A stretch of DNA of 44,435 nucleotides from Octopus bimaculoides (Eukaryota), in NCBI RefSeq assembly GCF_001194135.2, contig NC_068982.1, positions 101,631,119 to 101,675,553 of the forward strand, given 5' to 3'. Both the position numbers and the translations under genes were made by a program. The notes under the pieces were generated by a model. It worked only from the letters and a program-made list of their open reading frames with translations, did not search any database and was not told the DNA's origin. Below are positions 1 to 11,565 of the stretch, in pieces (within the stretch, counting starts at the first letter, position 1; each line of letters starts with the position of its first letter).

Positions 1-1609
1 TATATATATACATGTTCATATGTATGTGTGTGTTTGTGTGTGCGTATATATGTATGGTGTGGTGTTAGTAATTGAAAAATTACAGTGAAAACAGCAATAT
101 TGTTTTAAGAAACAATAGTTTCTCATATTTGCATGATATCTGTGATTTTTTTTTTTTTTTTGACAAATGAACACGGGATGTTGCATCGTTGTTAGTTGAA
201 GGAAAGATTTCCAAGTGCGAAAATAAAGTGAATCGCAAAAACTGCACTCCCACTTCCACCATCTGTGCATAACATGCTCCTACTTTTCAAAAAAATTATT
301 TCGACTGACTAAGCGCTTTTTTAGACTCTGTTCTTATACACGATAGTAAAGGCAATAAAACAGGAGAATGGAAAAAGTATTGTAATGCTACTTATTTTAA
401 GAACTCAGAAAATCTGAACCCGCAGGCTCGAAACGAAATACTGTGAAGCATCAAGTTCGGCTCTCGTCTATTTGCATTTTTATACTCCATCGTTCTGTAA
501 TGTTTAGGACAGGAGATACAGAAGTATATGTATTTTCTAATGTAAGTAACTCTCTGTCGCCTGCACCTAAAAGAGTGTGTGGTGGAGGGAGAGGGTGAAA
601 GAGAAAAAGGAGCAAACCAAAGTGGGAATGAGTGTGTGAGAAATTGCCTGAAATAGAGATATAAAGCATTAAATAGAATAAAAGACAAAGAGAAGCATAT
701 GTATGAGAAAGAGAGAGATCAGAGAGGGAAGGAAAGAATAGAGAATGAGAAACGGTAAAAGCATTATTTTTCGTTAATCGTTTTTGTTTAGTTAGTTTCT
801 TTTGACTTTGAGTCACCTCTTAGGAATTATTTCTCAGCCTATTTCTACTTAGCAAGGTCTATTTATCTATGAATGCTTTCAATAAATACCAAATTACACA
901 GCATTATTTAAATAATTCATTTAATTAAATTCTAGATTAACCAGATTTTCTGTCTCGTTCCTTTTCATATATGCTTCTTTGTTGTTTGTGACATCTTTGA
1001 TAAATTGTTTCTCGCAGCATTTCAAGACGTATATCTTTCCTATGGGTGTCGTTTATAATGTTTAATTGTTAAAGTTAATCATTTGCCGAACAATAAGAGT
1101 TCATAGAAGAAATACTTAGCTGTGGGATATTTAGAGTCGAGTAGATGAAAGATGTTCCCTCTCCGCAGGTAATATTTCAAGATCTACCGCATGTTCTCCA
1201 GCTAGATAAACAACTGACACTCCATCCAGTTCTCGCTCCAAAAGGATTATTCTTCCATAACGCTTATTAATTTCAAAGTGAAATGTAATATTACTTCTAT
1301 GCAAAGTTCACTCAAGTATGGCGCTCAAGGACGATAATGACGTAATGCGTGACACTGAAAGTAGAAGTAATGTCATTGTCTCAAGGTTGATTGACGTACT
1401 TTCTGGAAATTATGTTCTAAATGTAGAGTAAGCAACGTAAGTGTGAAGTATGTGACGAGTTCATGGCAAGTACAGATCGGAACTCACTTTCAATTTGTGG
1501 TTGAATTGATTTCTTTTCGTTTGAGCCGCATTAGTTGTAGAAGTATAATTTTTGTGCCGACAATTGTTTCCACTCCCTAAACATTCCTGGACCCTTTTAT
1601 GCCTCTACA

Positions 1610-2000
1610 AGCGGGCTTTATAAAAATTTGGGAAAAGCAATGTTGTTACCCTTGACATCAAGCCTTCGATTATGTCTGACATGGGAATCTCCATTCGGGA
1701 CTAGCTCGTCTAAGGGGTTCCATCCGTCTCTCAACTCGAACAATTAATGACACTCTACAAATCTGTTTCGAATCACATTGTTGTATTGCCCCTACATCTT
1801 TGACGGCCCTGCTGCATACACAGATATCGGAGACTACAACCAGTTTAAAACTACTTCACGCTGAGAAAGACATAAAATCAACATCATGTGGAGTAAAGCG
1901 TAAGGTCACTTCCAAATACGCTCTAACCACTTGTTCACTGCTGCAGATGTCGCTTTCTCTCTCCACCTTTTCCACTGATATTATGACATCTATCTCTTCA
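1610..2000 (+). pseudogene. Degenerate CR1/Jockey-group LINE reverse transcriptase remnant
   Basis: Frameshifted translation 1615-1720 reads KFGKSNVVTLDI-KAFDYV*HGNL..L, matching the RT motif GES.VVALDISKAFD.VWH..L. Weaker DVAFSL.LF..YY near 1945-1990 resembles the RT C-terminal region. Confidence 0.65.
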
Positions 2001-2044
2001 CCCAGTTATACATTAAGAATGTAGCAGCTGGAGGGAGGGAGAAA

Positions 2045-2140
2045 TTGTTGCAATTAGCTCTAGGCTGATTTTCATCTTCAGCTGAATAGACTAAAATAAC
2101 TTGAAACGAAACATCTTGCCCAAGAACACAACGTGCCCAA
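2045..2140 (-). mobile_element. Decayed fragment of a third SINE family (TTCAGCTGA...GAAAC/ATCTTGCCCAAGAACACAACG)
   Basis: Similar to 39225-39320 (TTTCAGCTAAAG...GAAATGAAGTGCCTTGATGAAGGACATAACGCAC); recalled as a common molluscan SINE segment. Confidence 0.4.
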
Positions 2141-2639
2141 ACTGATTCTCGTTTAATGAAAGTTCCTTTTACAAGTTATGTTAATGTTTTGGTGAAGAAA
2201 CTGAACTGTTTTCTGTTCCTTTGCTCCAGAAATATTCTTAATGAAGAAAAAAAATTGAGCATAAAGAGTTGAAAGATTAGAAAAAAATATGAACAATAAA
2301 AAAAAAATGATGAAGATGTGAACTTTTTAAATTATAAAAAAAAAACGGGAAAAAGAGAAAAGGACCAGTAGCAGAAACAGAGGACGCCCCAAAAAGGTAG
2401 GGAGCCGCCTATTTTCAAGCATACGCAGACAGTAGAGAATGACCCAAGAGAGAAAGAATCGGTGGAAGAGAAGGTACAGCACAGATATAAAAATAAGGCA
2501 TTCATAATTTTCTATCAAAAAAGTGTAGATGTGGAGAGAATTTCCAAGTGGAAGAGAGTGGTGAGATGAAGCTGCCCAGGGAGAAATTCAAGGAGGTAGA
2601 AAGGTATATACTATTGGATGACGCAAGTGGTCGCCGACA

Positions 2640-3330
2640 GTAAAATAGAAATACTACCAGAAGACGAGGTGGAGGAATGTTTAGGAACCCTGATGAAAAA
2701 GGCAACTTTCGTAAGTAGAGGAAGGAAATATGGCACGGTGGAGGTAAGGTTTGTCACCAAATAAGAGGCAGCCTCACATTCCACCACTATTCTACAAACT
2801 GACAAGGTGACGCTGCTGACCACGTATAGGGGCAGGCGAAGTGTTCAGATTCGAATCGGAAGTGTGCCACCACAATTAAAGACAGAGTGGTTGGTGTCAG
2901 CTATTCTGGTTGTCACCGAGGAGAATCCCGAATTGGGACCAGTGGGAAGAATGAGCATGTTAAGCTGATGGGGATGCAGTGTCGAAATGTAGCTTTTTGC
3001 CACTTTTGAAGACATTGAGAGGATCGCCTACCAGATAGAGATTGCGGGAGAAAGTTCCCTCAAAATAATCGTTGAGGGTCGTTGACACAATTGTTACGAA
3101 TGTGGAGTGAGAGGCCATATGAGGACAGATTGCCCCAAGCAGCACAAACCTCCTCAGAGTGAGAAGGCTGTAGAAAAAGGCCAAGACGTGGAGATTGGAG
3201 TACAATTGAAGCAATGAAAGTCTGAGACGGTAAAAGCGATACGAAGTGCGTCAGAGATACAGAAGTAAAGACGAAGGAGAAAGGAACGAAAGCGGCAAAA
3301 AAGGGGAGTGGCGGGTTTCTCAGCCCCAAA
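2640..3330 (+). pseudogene. LINE ORF1/gag-like protein remnant, copy 1 (RRM-like region + CCHC zinc knuckle)
   Basis: KIEILPEDEVEECLGTLMKKATFVSRGRKYGTVEVRF...LKIIVEGR*HNCYECGVRGHMRTDCP gives C-x2-C-x4-H-x4-C; contains stops and frameshifts. Confidence 0.75.
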
Positions 3331-3419
3331 AGGAGGGGGTGAGGACAGGAGAGGACTCAGAGTGACCAGCGTCAGAGCCGGGTGGGGCGCCCGAGCGGGG
3401 TGGAGAGCCGCCTGTGGAG

Positions 3420-4483
3420 ATCCCTTATGAAAACGGCAACTTTCGTTAGCCGAGGAAAGAAATATGGTTCGGTGGGGGTAAGGTTTGCCACCAAAGAAGA
3501 GGCGGCTTCTCATTCCACCACTATTTTACGCAGTGAAAAGGTAACGTTATCGCCCACATATAGGAGCAGTTTTCTGATTCGCATTGGAAGGGTGGCATCA
3601 GAAATAAAGCCAGAGTGGTTGGTAGCAGGTGTTATGGCTAACACCGAGGAGAATTCCGAATTAGGGACATTTTGAAAAACGAGTAAATTAAACTGCTGAG
3701 GGTACGGTGTCGAGATGTGGCTTTTTGTCACTTTCAAGGACATTGAAAGGATCCCCTACCAGACAGAAATTCTGGGAGAGGGTTCCCTCAAAGTGATTGT
3801 TGAGGGACGCCGACCAAACTGTTACCAATGTGGAATAAGAGGCCGCGTGAAGACACAGTGCCCCAAGCACAAGACTCCTCAGAGTGAGAAGGCTGTGAAG
3901 AGAGACCAAGAAGAAGTGGAGATTGGAGTAACAATTGAAGCGATAACAGATGGAAACAGCAAAAGTGATATGGAGTGCGCCAGGGATACGGAAGAGGTGC
4001 AGTCGAAAAAAGACAGAACAAAAGCGGCAAGTGAGGGGAGTGACGGGTTTGTCAGCCCCAAAAGGAGGAAAAAGGCGAAAACAAGAGAAGCTTCTGAGGG
4101 ACCAGCAACAGAACCAAATAAGACGCCCAAAGAAGGTAAGGAACCGCTTATATTCAAACATATGTAGACGATAGAAACAGAACCAAAAGATCGGGAATCA
4201 GTAGAAGAGACTGTACAGCACGGATTTAAAAATAAAGCATTCATAGTGTACCACGAAAAGAATGTAGACGTGGATAGGAGGATTAATAAGAGTGAAACTA
4301 CCCAGGTGGGATTTCAAGGAAGAACAAAAGTGTGTACTATTGAATGAGGATAGATACGACACGTTTATAAAAACATATAGAAGATATTTAATTTCACTTG
4401 ACGAGCCTGAGGGATTTGATGCCCTACCATCCGTAATTCAACATAAAGAGTTTAAAAAAATGTTTAAATATGAACAATTTTAA
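3420..4483 (+). pseudogene. LINE ORF1/gag-like protein remnant, copy 2 (core, knuckle, charged linker, C-terminal domain)
   Basis: ORFs 3382-3675, 3715-4167 (VIVEGRRPNCYQCGIRGRVKTQCP, knuckle H->R) and 4292-4483 join across stops/frameshifts into one protein parallel to copy 1. Confidence 0.75.
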
Positions 4484-4789
4484 AAAAAATGATGAAGATG
4501 TGAACTTTAAAAAAAAAAGGCAAGAAAAACTGTTTAAAATAATGTTTAAATGTAACCACTCAACTTCGGGGGTCGAGTGGGCATTGAGCCTCATTTTATC
4601 ATTTTCATTCGTGTTTTATCTTCTTTACTCGAGTGCTTTCTGTATTTTTATTTCCTCGATTTTGTGTCCTGTATTGTTTTGTAATGTCCCATCTATGTTT
4701 GGCCCCTTGTGGATAATAAAAAAATCTGGACTTGGTGTTACCTTGGCGGAGATTTGCGCTCTCTGAGTGCTCGTTATATATTTTTTTAT

Positions 4790-4930
4790 GCTAGCTCTTT
4801 TAGTTCTGAGTTCAAATCCCACCGACATCAGTTTGGCTTTACATGCTTTCGAATTCGATAGATTAAATTACCAGGGTCGTTGAGATTAATTAACTCATTC
4901 ACCCAAATTTGCAAGTCTTGCGCTTAAATT
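4790..4930 (+). mobile_element. SINE-B, 5'-truncated, diverged
   Basis: GTTCTGAGTTCAAATCCCACCGAC B-box-like segment followed by the SINE-B body and tail. Confidence 0.6.
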
Positions 4931-5584
4931 AGACACTATTGTTATAAATTCTTATGGTCGTTGAAGGATAGCAACCAGCATATATTTCCATAAAAATTTG
5001 AACTCAGAAATGCATACCAATTTATTAAGTACTATAGGCATACCATACAACTTTCGGTCTCTAGAATTGTGTCCACCAAACTTCATATCATATAAATTTT
5101 ATTTTATTGGTAAGAAAATTTGTTTTTCTACGGAGATATTTCTTATTTGAATTAATCGATCAAAACTACTAAAACTGAGAATGAGTTATGTTACAAAATT
5201 AAATTCTTCTGTTCAACATTTATTACTATTTTAAAACGTCTTACTAAAATGGTGTGTTTTGCCTTTTTATTTATAGTTAGATTATTAATAGATAGTTGAT
5301 GCATTCCATTTTTTTTTTTAACTGATAGAATAGTTAGTGTAGCTCGATAGCAAATTTAATAATTTCACAACTTTATTATTGAATATTAAAGTCGATACGA
5401 ATATTTCCTGATATTTATTAAATACATTTTGTAGATAATAACATACGGAATTAAGTAGCGAGTGTGTCCCACAGACATATTCTTTGTGATTATTTTTAAC
5501 GGTGCAATATGAAAGTGATAAAACTTGTCGCCGGTGAGAAATGAAAAGAAATATATTTCTTTTATCTTTATGGCAAACCACAAC

Positions 5585-5795
5585 TCGTTGAGCGATAGGG
5601 AATATATATTTGTGTATTATATATATTATAAATATATATTTATGGGTATATATATATACATACATATTATAAATATATATATATATATATTCCATATATA
5701 TATATTTATAACTATATATATATGGTTATTATATATATTGTATAAATATATATTTGTTTATTATATATACTATATATATATATATTTATTATATG
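5585..5795. repeat. (TA)n-rich low-complexity microsatellite
   Basis: Nearly pure A/T dinucleotide runs. Confidence 0.9.
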
Positions 5796-7239
5796 AGTTA
5801 TGTCTTGAGGATGAAAAGTTGTTCGTATGTCAAAAGAAAATAAATTATTTAGTACGGAAACACGGCTGTAAAATATTACATTTAGTTTATTATGCAATAC
5901 ATATGGCGTCTTCACGTTATGTACTGATCCGTGGCTATATTTCTGATATTCTTTAATAGATTAACTATTTTAATGATTTACTTTATGCTTTGGTTTCAAC
6001 CCCACATTTTTAATGCTCTATCCCATTTTTTAGAGCCTTTGTACTTTGTGAAAAATATTGTGGATTGTAAATAACTAGTTTGTAGCATAAAGATTTCTAA
6101 GTCTCGAGTCTACGAATTGGTCTCAATTCTCAACAGAGACAAGTCGACTTCGAAAATGAGTTAAAATCAAATACTATTTTATCGCTTAAATTGTTAATGT
6201 TTCTACTTAAACAACTTTAGTTTAAAATGTTTTTCAGAATAACATTATTTGCTCACAAGTTGGATTTGAACGTGAAATTTCGAGCTTTACATCCGCAAAC
6301 AGGTTATACTACTTGTAATTCTCACAGCATAACATTTGGTAGTTATTAAATTGAACTAAGGGAAACACAGTTGGCATCTCTCATTCGCAATATTATGTTG
6401 AAGTAATGAGAAAATGGTGAATCACTTTATTTCTTTAAATGCGATGTACTTACGTTCTAGAAAACAGTTAATAAAAAAAAAACTTTCGATGTATTTAACA
6501 GATGTTATTTTATGAATCTTGTTGCAATTAATGACAACTGTAACCATAGTAATAGTTTAGCGCTAACTTAATTAGCGCAGAGAACATTACACAGCTAACA
6601 AGGAAAAATAATAACGTCGTTCGGATTAAAATAATGTTTGTCAATTACTTATAATATCTTTCAATTTTTCAGCATATTGGAGAGACAACTCCCGGCGTGT
6701 TTTGGCCGTATTATGATCTCCTCAACATATAACTTTCCCTTTTCTTACCGAAGTATAAATAAATGAAGAATCCTAAGTCAATTTGAAGATTGTTCATGGG
6801 CTGTTGTAGGAAAACGGAAATGTTTAAGCACAAGACTTGCAAATTTGGGTGAATGGGTTAACTAATTCAGAAACTGGATTGCCATGATAAACTTTAGTTG
6901 ATTAGCTAATAATCAGGCCAAAGTTGCTTGAATTTACTAGAGGTGATCACACCACCCATCACAACCGTTCAAAAGCGTCTCGTAAGTTCCAACGAGTAAC
7001 ATTTTGTGTCTGCGCAAAACCAGACAATATACCTTTTTGAAAGACATCCGACCCGAGTATATTCATGTTGTTTGTGTCCATAGCAGTGTGTCGCAAATGA
7101 ACTAACGCACAATCCTTCAGCAATATGCCGCACAGCGCATGCGTCTCTATATCTAATGATATCAGTGATTGCTAGATGACGTCCACATGCAGCTTCTGTT
7201 TAGTAGGTACCTTTACTTTTCCAGGAATCATGCGGAATG

Positions 7240-7335
7240 AATCTTTCGGAGTCGATAAGTACAAGCTGAGTACTAGAGTCGATGTAATCGACTTACCCCT
7301 TCCCAAGAAATTGCTGGTCTTGTACCAAAAATTGA
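7240..7335 (+). mobile_element. SINE-B 3' half
   Basis: CTTTCGGAGTCGATAAGTAC...GTCGATGTAATCGACTTACCCC matches the other SINE-B copies. Confidence 0.7.
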
Positions 7336-7559
7336 AACGAATATATTACTGAGACTTCCCTTTATCGATCTTAAAAGTGCTTAAAAGTTCACTCTTGTAA
7401 CATAAAGAGATGTAACTAAATGTTACAAGGCATTTTCTTAAGCGCTTTAACTGTTCGGTTATCCACGCAGACATTTTTTGTAATTTCTATACAATTTGGA
7501 AGGTTATTTAACACAAATGATCGAATGTGGTTACTTATGATGGAACTAGAGGAAAAAGT

Positions 7560-8000
7560 CTGAGGAATTCATTTTTCAAGATAAGGGTGTAAGTTCTCTG
7601 AAAGCAAATGAGTGATATAACTATACAAACTCGTTGCAGGATGGTGAGCCGAATCAAAAGAAATGAAAGAAAGCAATCGAGAATATTTCAGAATTGAAGA
7701 CTAATGAACACATGGACAATACTGAAATGATTTGAAGTCTTACTGCAGTGGAGAGAACACGGATTTTTTTAAATGAAGAAGCAAAGAAGAAAGCTTATCC
7801 GTGCATAATGAATCACATCTATGAAGTAACGGAAATGATGGAAAACTTATTTGTGTGGTCAGAAGAATCAATGACGTAAAAACAAAGATCAGAGAAGATT
7901 TCAAAAATACACAAAAAGTCCGGAAAAAGAAATGTTGCAAGGGAAGCTTTCTCGAATACAGGAAATATAACAGGAAAACATGGTAAACCAGAATGTCGCA
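7560..8000 (+). pseudogene. Possible highly decayed RTE-like LINE 3' RT remnant
   Basis: Scattered motifs in shifted frames (TWTILK..FE, WREH..NEE, VRRIND) resemble the RTE RT C-terminus. Weak. Confidence 0.3.
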
Positions 8001-8074
8001 AAGCAGAAAGAAGCAACTGATGTAAAAAAAAAAAAGACCTCGTTAAAATGTAAAGAACAAATAATTTTTAAAAG

Positions 8075-8445
8075 CCCAGACACGTCGTTAGACATACTTC
8101 TGGGGCCATTAAGTGTTTTGGATCTTTTAATATCAGGCCTTCTCACCCAAGTGATCAGACCAAACCCCCAGCATGTATTTAGCTAGTACTACATCTTGTA
8201 TCACTACCTCTAGTAGCATTACTCTTCCATGGCTGGCTCATCTTGGTCTTTGGCCACCTCGAGGCAATCGTCGCTAGCTCCACAGCCAACCTGATAGCCT
8301 CCTGCCTACTGGCTTCAGTGATGTCAAGGACGTCGTAAAATCTGTAGAGAAACTAGACTAAAACTTCTGCATCCTACTTGAATGTGACCACACCATGCTA
8401 GTCACCCGTTGCTTTGACACAGCTCCATAGTTAGGCATAGACGAA
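8075..8445 (-). mobile_element. 3' end of a HERO-like (restriction-like endonuclease) non-LTR retrotransposon
   Basis: Minus strand reads YA*L.ELCQSNG*LAWCGHIQVGCRSF...YDVLDITEASRQEAIRLAVELATIASRW..., like the HERO C-terminus (KY.EL..C...GW.....VEVGCRGF...AE.ASRWLW). It is followed by a HERO-like 3' UTR (CTGATCACTTGGGTGAG...AAAGATCCAAAACACTTAATG...ACGACGTGTC). Confidence 0.7.
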
Positions 8446-8994
8446 AGTCTCAATTATTTAGTGAACGCATATAACAAGATGATAATAAAATTATACCACT
8501 AAAATATGAAATGATATAAAAATGTTTATAGATTCTTCTGTGAAAACAAATCATGTGAATGAGTCATATATCTGAAATATGATCATTAAAAAAAGTATAT
8601 AAAAACCAAAAATGCAAGAAAATGAATTTTACAATACCATATGATAGCAGGATAAAAAATATATAAAAAGGGGGAAAGTGACGATATCTATTGGCATGAG
8701 AATTGAGAAAACTGCAACATTCACGTGAGAGTTAAGCAGACGTGTTGTCATTAAACTGAACTATCATCAGTGAGGTCGACAGTGATAACAAAATATACTG
8801 ATTCCTGAGTTGACAATTTTTTTTTCTTTTTCGTGACGTGGTTGCTGTAATTGGCACTAGTAAATGGACAGTTCTTACTTTTTTAACTTCACTCTGAAGA
8901 GCATAAAAATACCTCACCTGCATTATCATCTTTTCCACTACTCTTTCCCCACACAATAATAATAATTCTGTCAAATTATTGTACATGGTCAAAA

Positions 8995-9705
8995 ATTCAG
9001 GGTTGGGGATTAGTCGATTACATTAGCTCCAGTGCTTATCTGGTACTTATTTTATCGATCCTGAAAGATGAAAGTGAAGATGATCCCAACGCTATTTGAA
9101 ATCAGATCGTAAAGAGGCGGAAGAAATTTTACTAGCCAGCTCGTTGACTTAACAATAAACGTTTTAAATCTTGACATGAGGTCAATACTTTTGAGGAGGG
9201 GGTATGTTGATTACATCAACCCCAGTGCTCAATTGGAACTTATTTTATCGACCGCAAGAGGAGGAAAGGCAAAGTCAACCCCGGCAGAATTTGAACTCAG
9301 ATGAAATGCAGCTGAGCATTTTACTCGGCATTGCTAACGATTCTGCCAGTTCACCGCCTTATTAATAATGATAATATTAATTTTCTTTTATTTCTACTAT
9401 GGGCACAACGCGGAAGGAAGCTAATCGATTACATAAACCCCAGTGCTTGACAGGTACTTATTTAATCGATCGCCAAAGGATGAAATGCAAACTCGATGTT
9501 GTCGGAATTTAATCTCAGAACGTTAAAGTGGAAGAAATGCCTCTAAACATTATGTCCTGCATGATAATGATTTTGCTACCTGACGGCAGGAAATTTTGGG
9601 AAAGGGGGCTCTTTGATTACATCGATCCAGTGTTCAACTAGTTCGACTGGAACAGTGAAAGGCAGAGTCGATATTGTCACTAGACGGACGAAATTCCGCA
9701 ATGCT
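8995..9705 (-). mobile_element. Head-to-tail cluster of four SINE-B copies
   Basis: Repeated GTCGATTACAT...CCCAGTGCT...GGTACTTATTTTATCGA...GAAAGGCAAAGTC...ATTTGAACTCAG units near 9000, 9195, 9410 and 9590, separated by short AAT-rich spacers. Confidence 0.85.
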
Positions 9706-9732
9706 ATTCGTGTCCTCATCTTGTTTGTTGTT

Positions 9733-9782
9733 AACACAACGTTTCGGCTGACATACCCCCTCACCAGCCTTCATCAGGTGTC
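9733..9782 (-). ncRNA. Minimal (Penelope-type) hammerhead ribozyme motif
   Basis: Minus strand: GACAC-CTGATGA-A-GGCTG[loop]CAGCC-GAAA-CGTT-GTGTT. Stem II intact, stem I GACAC/GTGTT, palindromic AACGTT in place of stem III. Confidence 0.7.
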
Positions 9783-9919
9783 TTGGGGAAGTTTCGAACC
9801 TGGGTTCTCATTTCTAAGGTATTTTTCTATGTTGTTATTATTAGTAGAACTCAGAATCTTGGGGTTAAGAGCGCGGGCTACTAATCCCAAGATTCCGAGT
9901 TCGATTCCAGGCACAATGA

Positions 9920-9964
<45 letters not shown>

Positions 9965-10019
9965 CAACAACATCGAAAAATGCCTTAGGAATGAGAACCC
10001 AGGTTCGAAACTTTACCAA

Positions 10020-10065
10020 GACACCTGATGAAGGCTGGAGGATATACCAACCGAAACGTTGTGTT
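10020..10065 (+). ncRNA. Minimal (Penelope-type) hammerhead ribozyme motif
   Basis: GACAC-CTGATGA(10025-10031)-A-GGCTG[loop]CAACC-GAAA(10053-10056)-CGTT-GTGTT; one mismatch in stem II. Confidence 0.6.
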
Positions 10066-10449
10066 ATCAACAAAGATGAAGACAAAATCCGTCATAATGT
10101 AAATAATTTATCTTGCATAATGTCAAACAAGAAATTGTATGAAGTTAACAAACATGCCAAAGTTACTGCATGAAGAAGCAATTTAAATACAACTAAGTTT
10201 ATTAAATTATACACACCACGAAAATCTTAATATAGGCCTGGAATCATTCGTACAAAGCAGTGGAGACAGATAAGCTACAACACATAAATGTTGAAAAGAT
10301 TATTGAGAATGCTACAGATGACTCACTGATATTAAAAAAAACTAAACTGAATGCAGGAAATACAATAAAAAGTATAAAACCGTAAGCAATAATTTTTGTG
10401 GTAATTTATAAGTAAAGGTTAAATATGATACTACTACTTCACTGATACT

Positions 10450-10520
10450 GAATTTATTGATCCCCGGGCGCAGGAGGGGTAAAGTCGACATCAGCAGGAA
10501 TTTGAAACCCGAACGTAAAA
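10450..10520 (-). mobile_element. SINE-B fragment
   Basis: TTTATTGATCCCCGG...AAAGTCGACATCAGCAGGAATTTGAAACCCGAACGTAAA. Confidence 0.55.
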
Positions 10521-11334
10521 GGATATAATGATATACCATATAATTATTTGTTTGTTTGTTTTTTCTCTTTTTATTTCTATGGTGCAGCAGCAGGGTGTTT
10601 TTTTTTTTCTTGGTTATCCAAGGAAACAGAAAATGTTGAGATATTAATCCCTGCTACACATCGAATCCTCGTTGTAGGCATCCAATGCTGGGATGGGATA
10701 TTCTATCTTGCTCTAAAACAATTATCAGTGAAGGTTAGCATCATTCAGTAAGCGAAACATATTTTTAATTATGTAGAATTACAACCATAATATACGCAAC
10801 AGTTATTTGTTGTAATCGAATAATTTTCGTTATGAAATACAACTTCAATCAACAGAAAAACAGATTCCTTTTCGCTAAGGCTCTAGAAAATTTATCGGAG
10901 TGTGACACAGACTATTTCCTTGACTCCGATTTAATACCGAGATCTGTGGAATAGGCACAGAACAATTTTTGCATAAAATCGATAAAATAAACTGTAGTAA
11001 AGATACCATAAAATTGCTTTAAGCAGTTTTATAAAGATCGAATGTAAACACAACGAAATTTGAACAACATTTAAACTACACAGCTGGTTTTACACTCTAC
11101 CGTCAAGCTTCCCTCCACCGTCAAGCTTCCCTCCACCGAGCTTGACTCAGTACAATATTGATATCGGTTACAACGTTGGAAAGTGACAAATTTATATATA
11201 TGTATGGGAACAGCATGTTGTCCAATGTAGTCTAATACATACCTATGAACCGGAGCTGAATTTACTTTTTATCCTATATACAAATGCGTGTAAGTGTGTG
11301 TGTGTATAATATATTCTTTTTTTTTTTGTTCTTA

Positions 11335-11488
11335 TTATTCATTTTCTTTGTTTCGGTAATGTGACAGCGGCCATGCTGGAGCATCGCCTTTTAGTAGAAG
11401 AAAACGACCCCAAGACATTCTTTGTAAGCCTAGTACTTATTCTATAGGTCCCTTTGCCGGGGGACATAAACACACACACACACACACG

Positions 11489-11565
<77 letters not shown>

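Larger units (their letters stand above)
2260..4724 (+). mobile_element. E1: scrambled tandem array of an ORF1-only L1/Tx1-like non-LTR element (3'-end fragment, C-terminal domain, core, core + C-terminal domain + 3' UTR)
   Basis: Two homologous cores (~2640-3330, ~3420-4100), two homologous C-terminal segments (~2360-2630, ~4110-4340), a repeated end fragment (2260-2345 vs 4442-4520), and a 3' UTR 4565-4720 homologous to the ends of E2/E3/E4. No APE or RT sequence inside. Confidence 0.75.
9710..10105. mobile_element. Head-to-head palindromic dimer of a tRNA-head + (AAT)n + hammerhead-tail SINE-like element
   Basis: 9710-9867 is the reverse complement of most of 9882-10085. The plus copy has a tRNA-like head with B box GAGTTCGATTCC (9897-9908), then (AAT)n and a hammerhead tail. 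Confidence 0.8.

Noticed and set aside
5318-5560. ORF segment LIFNNKVVKL..YTN vaguely like a Penelope RT thumb/linker
   Set aside because: Too short and AT-biased; no supporting motifs in adjacent frames.
11099-11143. 18-bp unit ACCGTCAAGCTTCCCTCC repeated ~2.2 times
   Set aside because: Ordinary slippage duplication; no spacers, not CRISPR-like.
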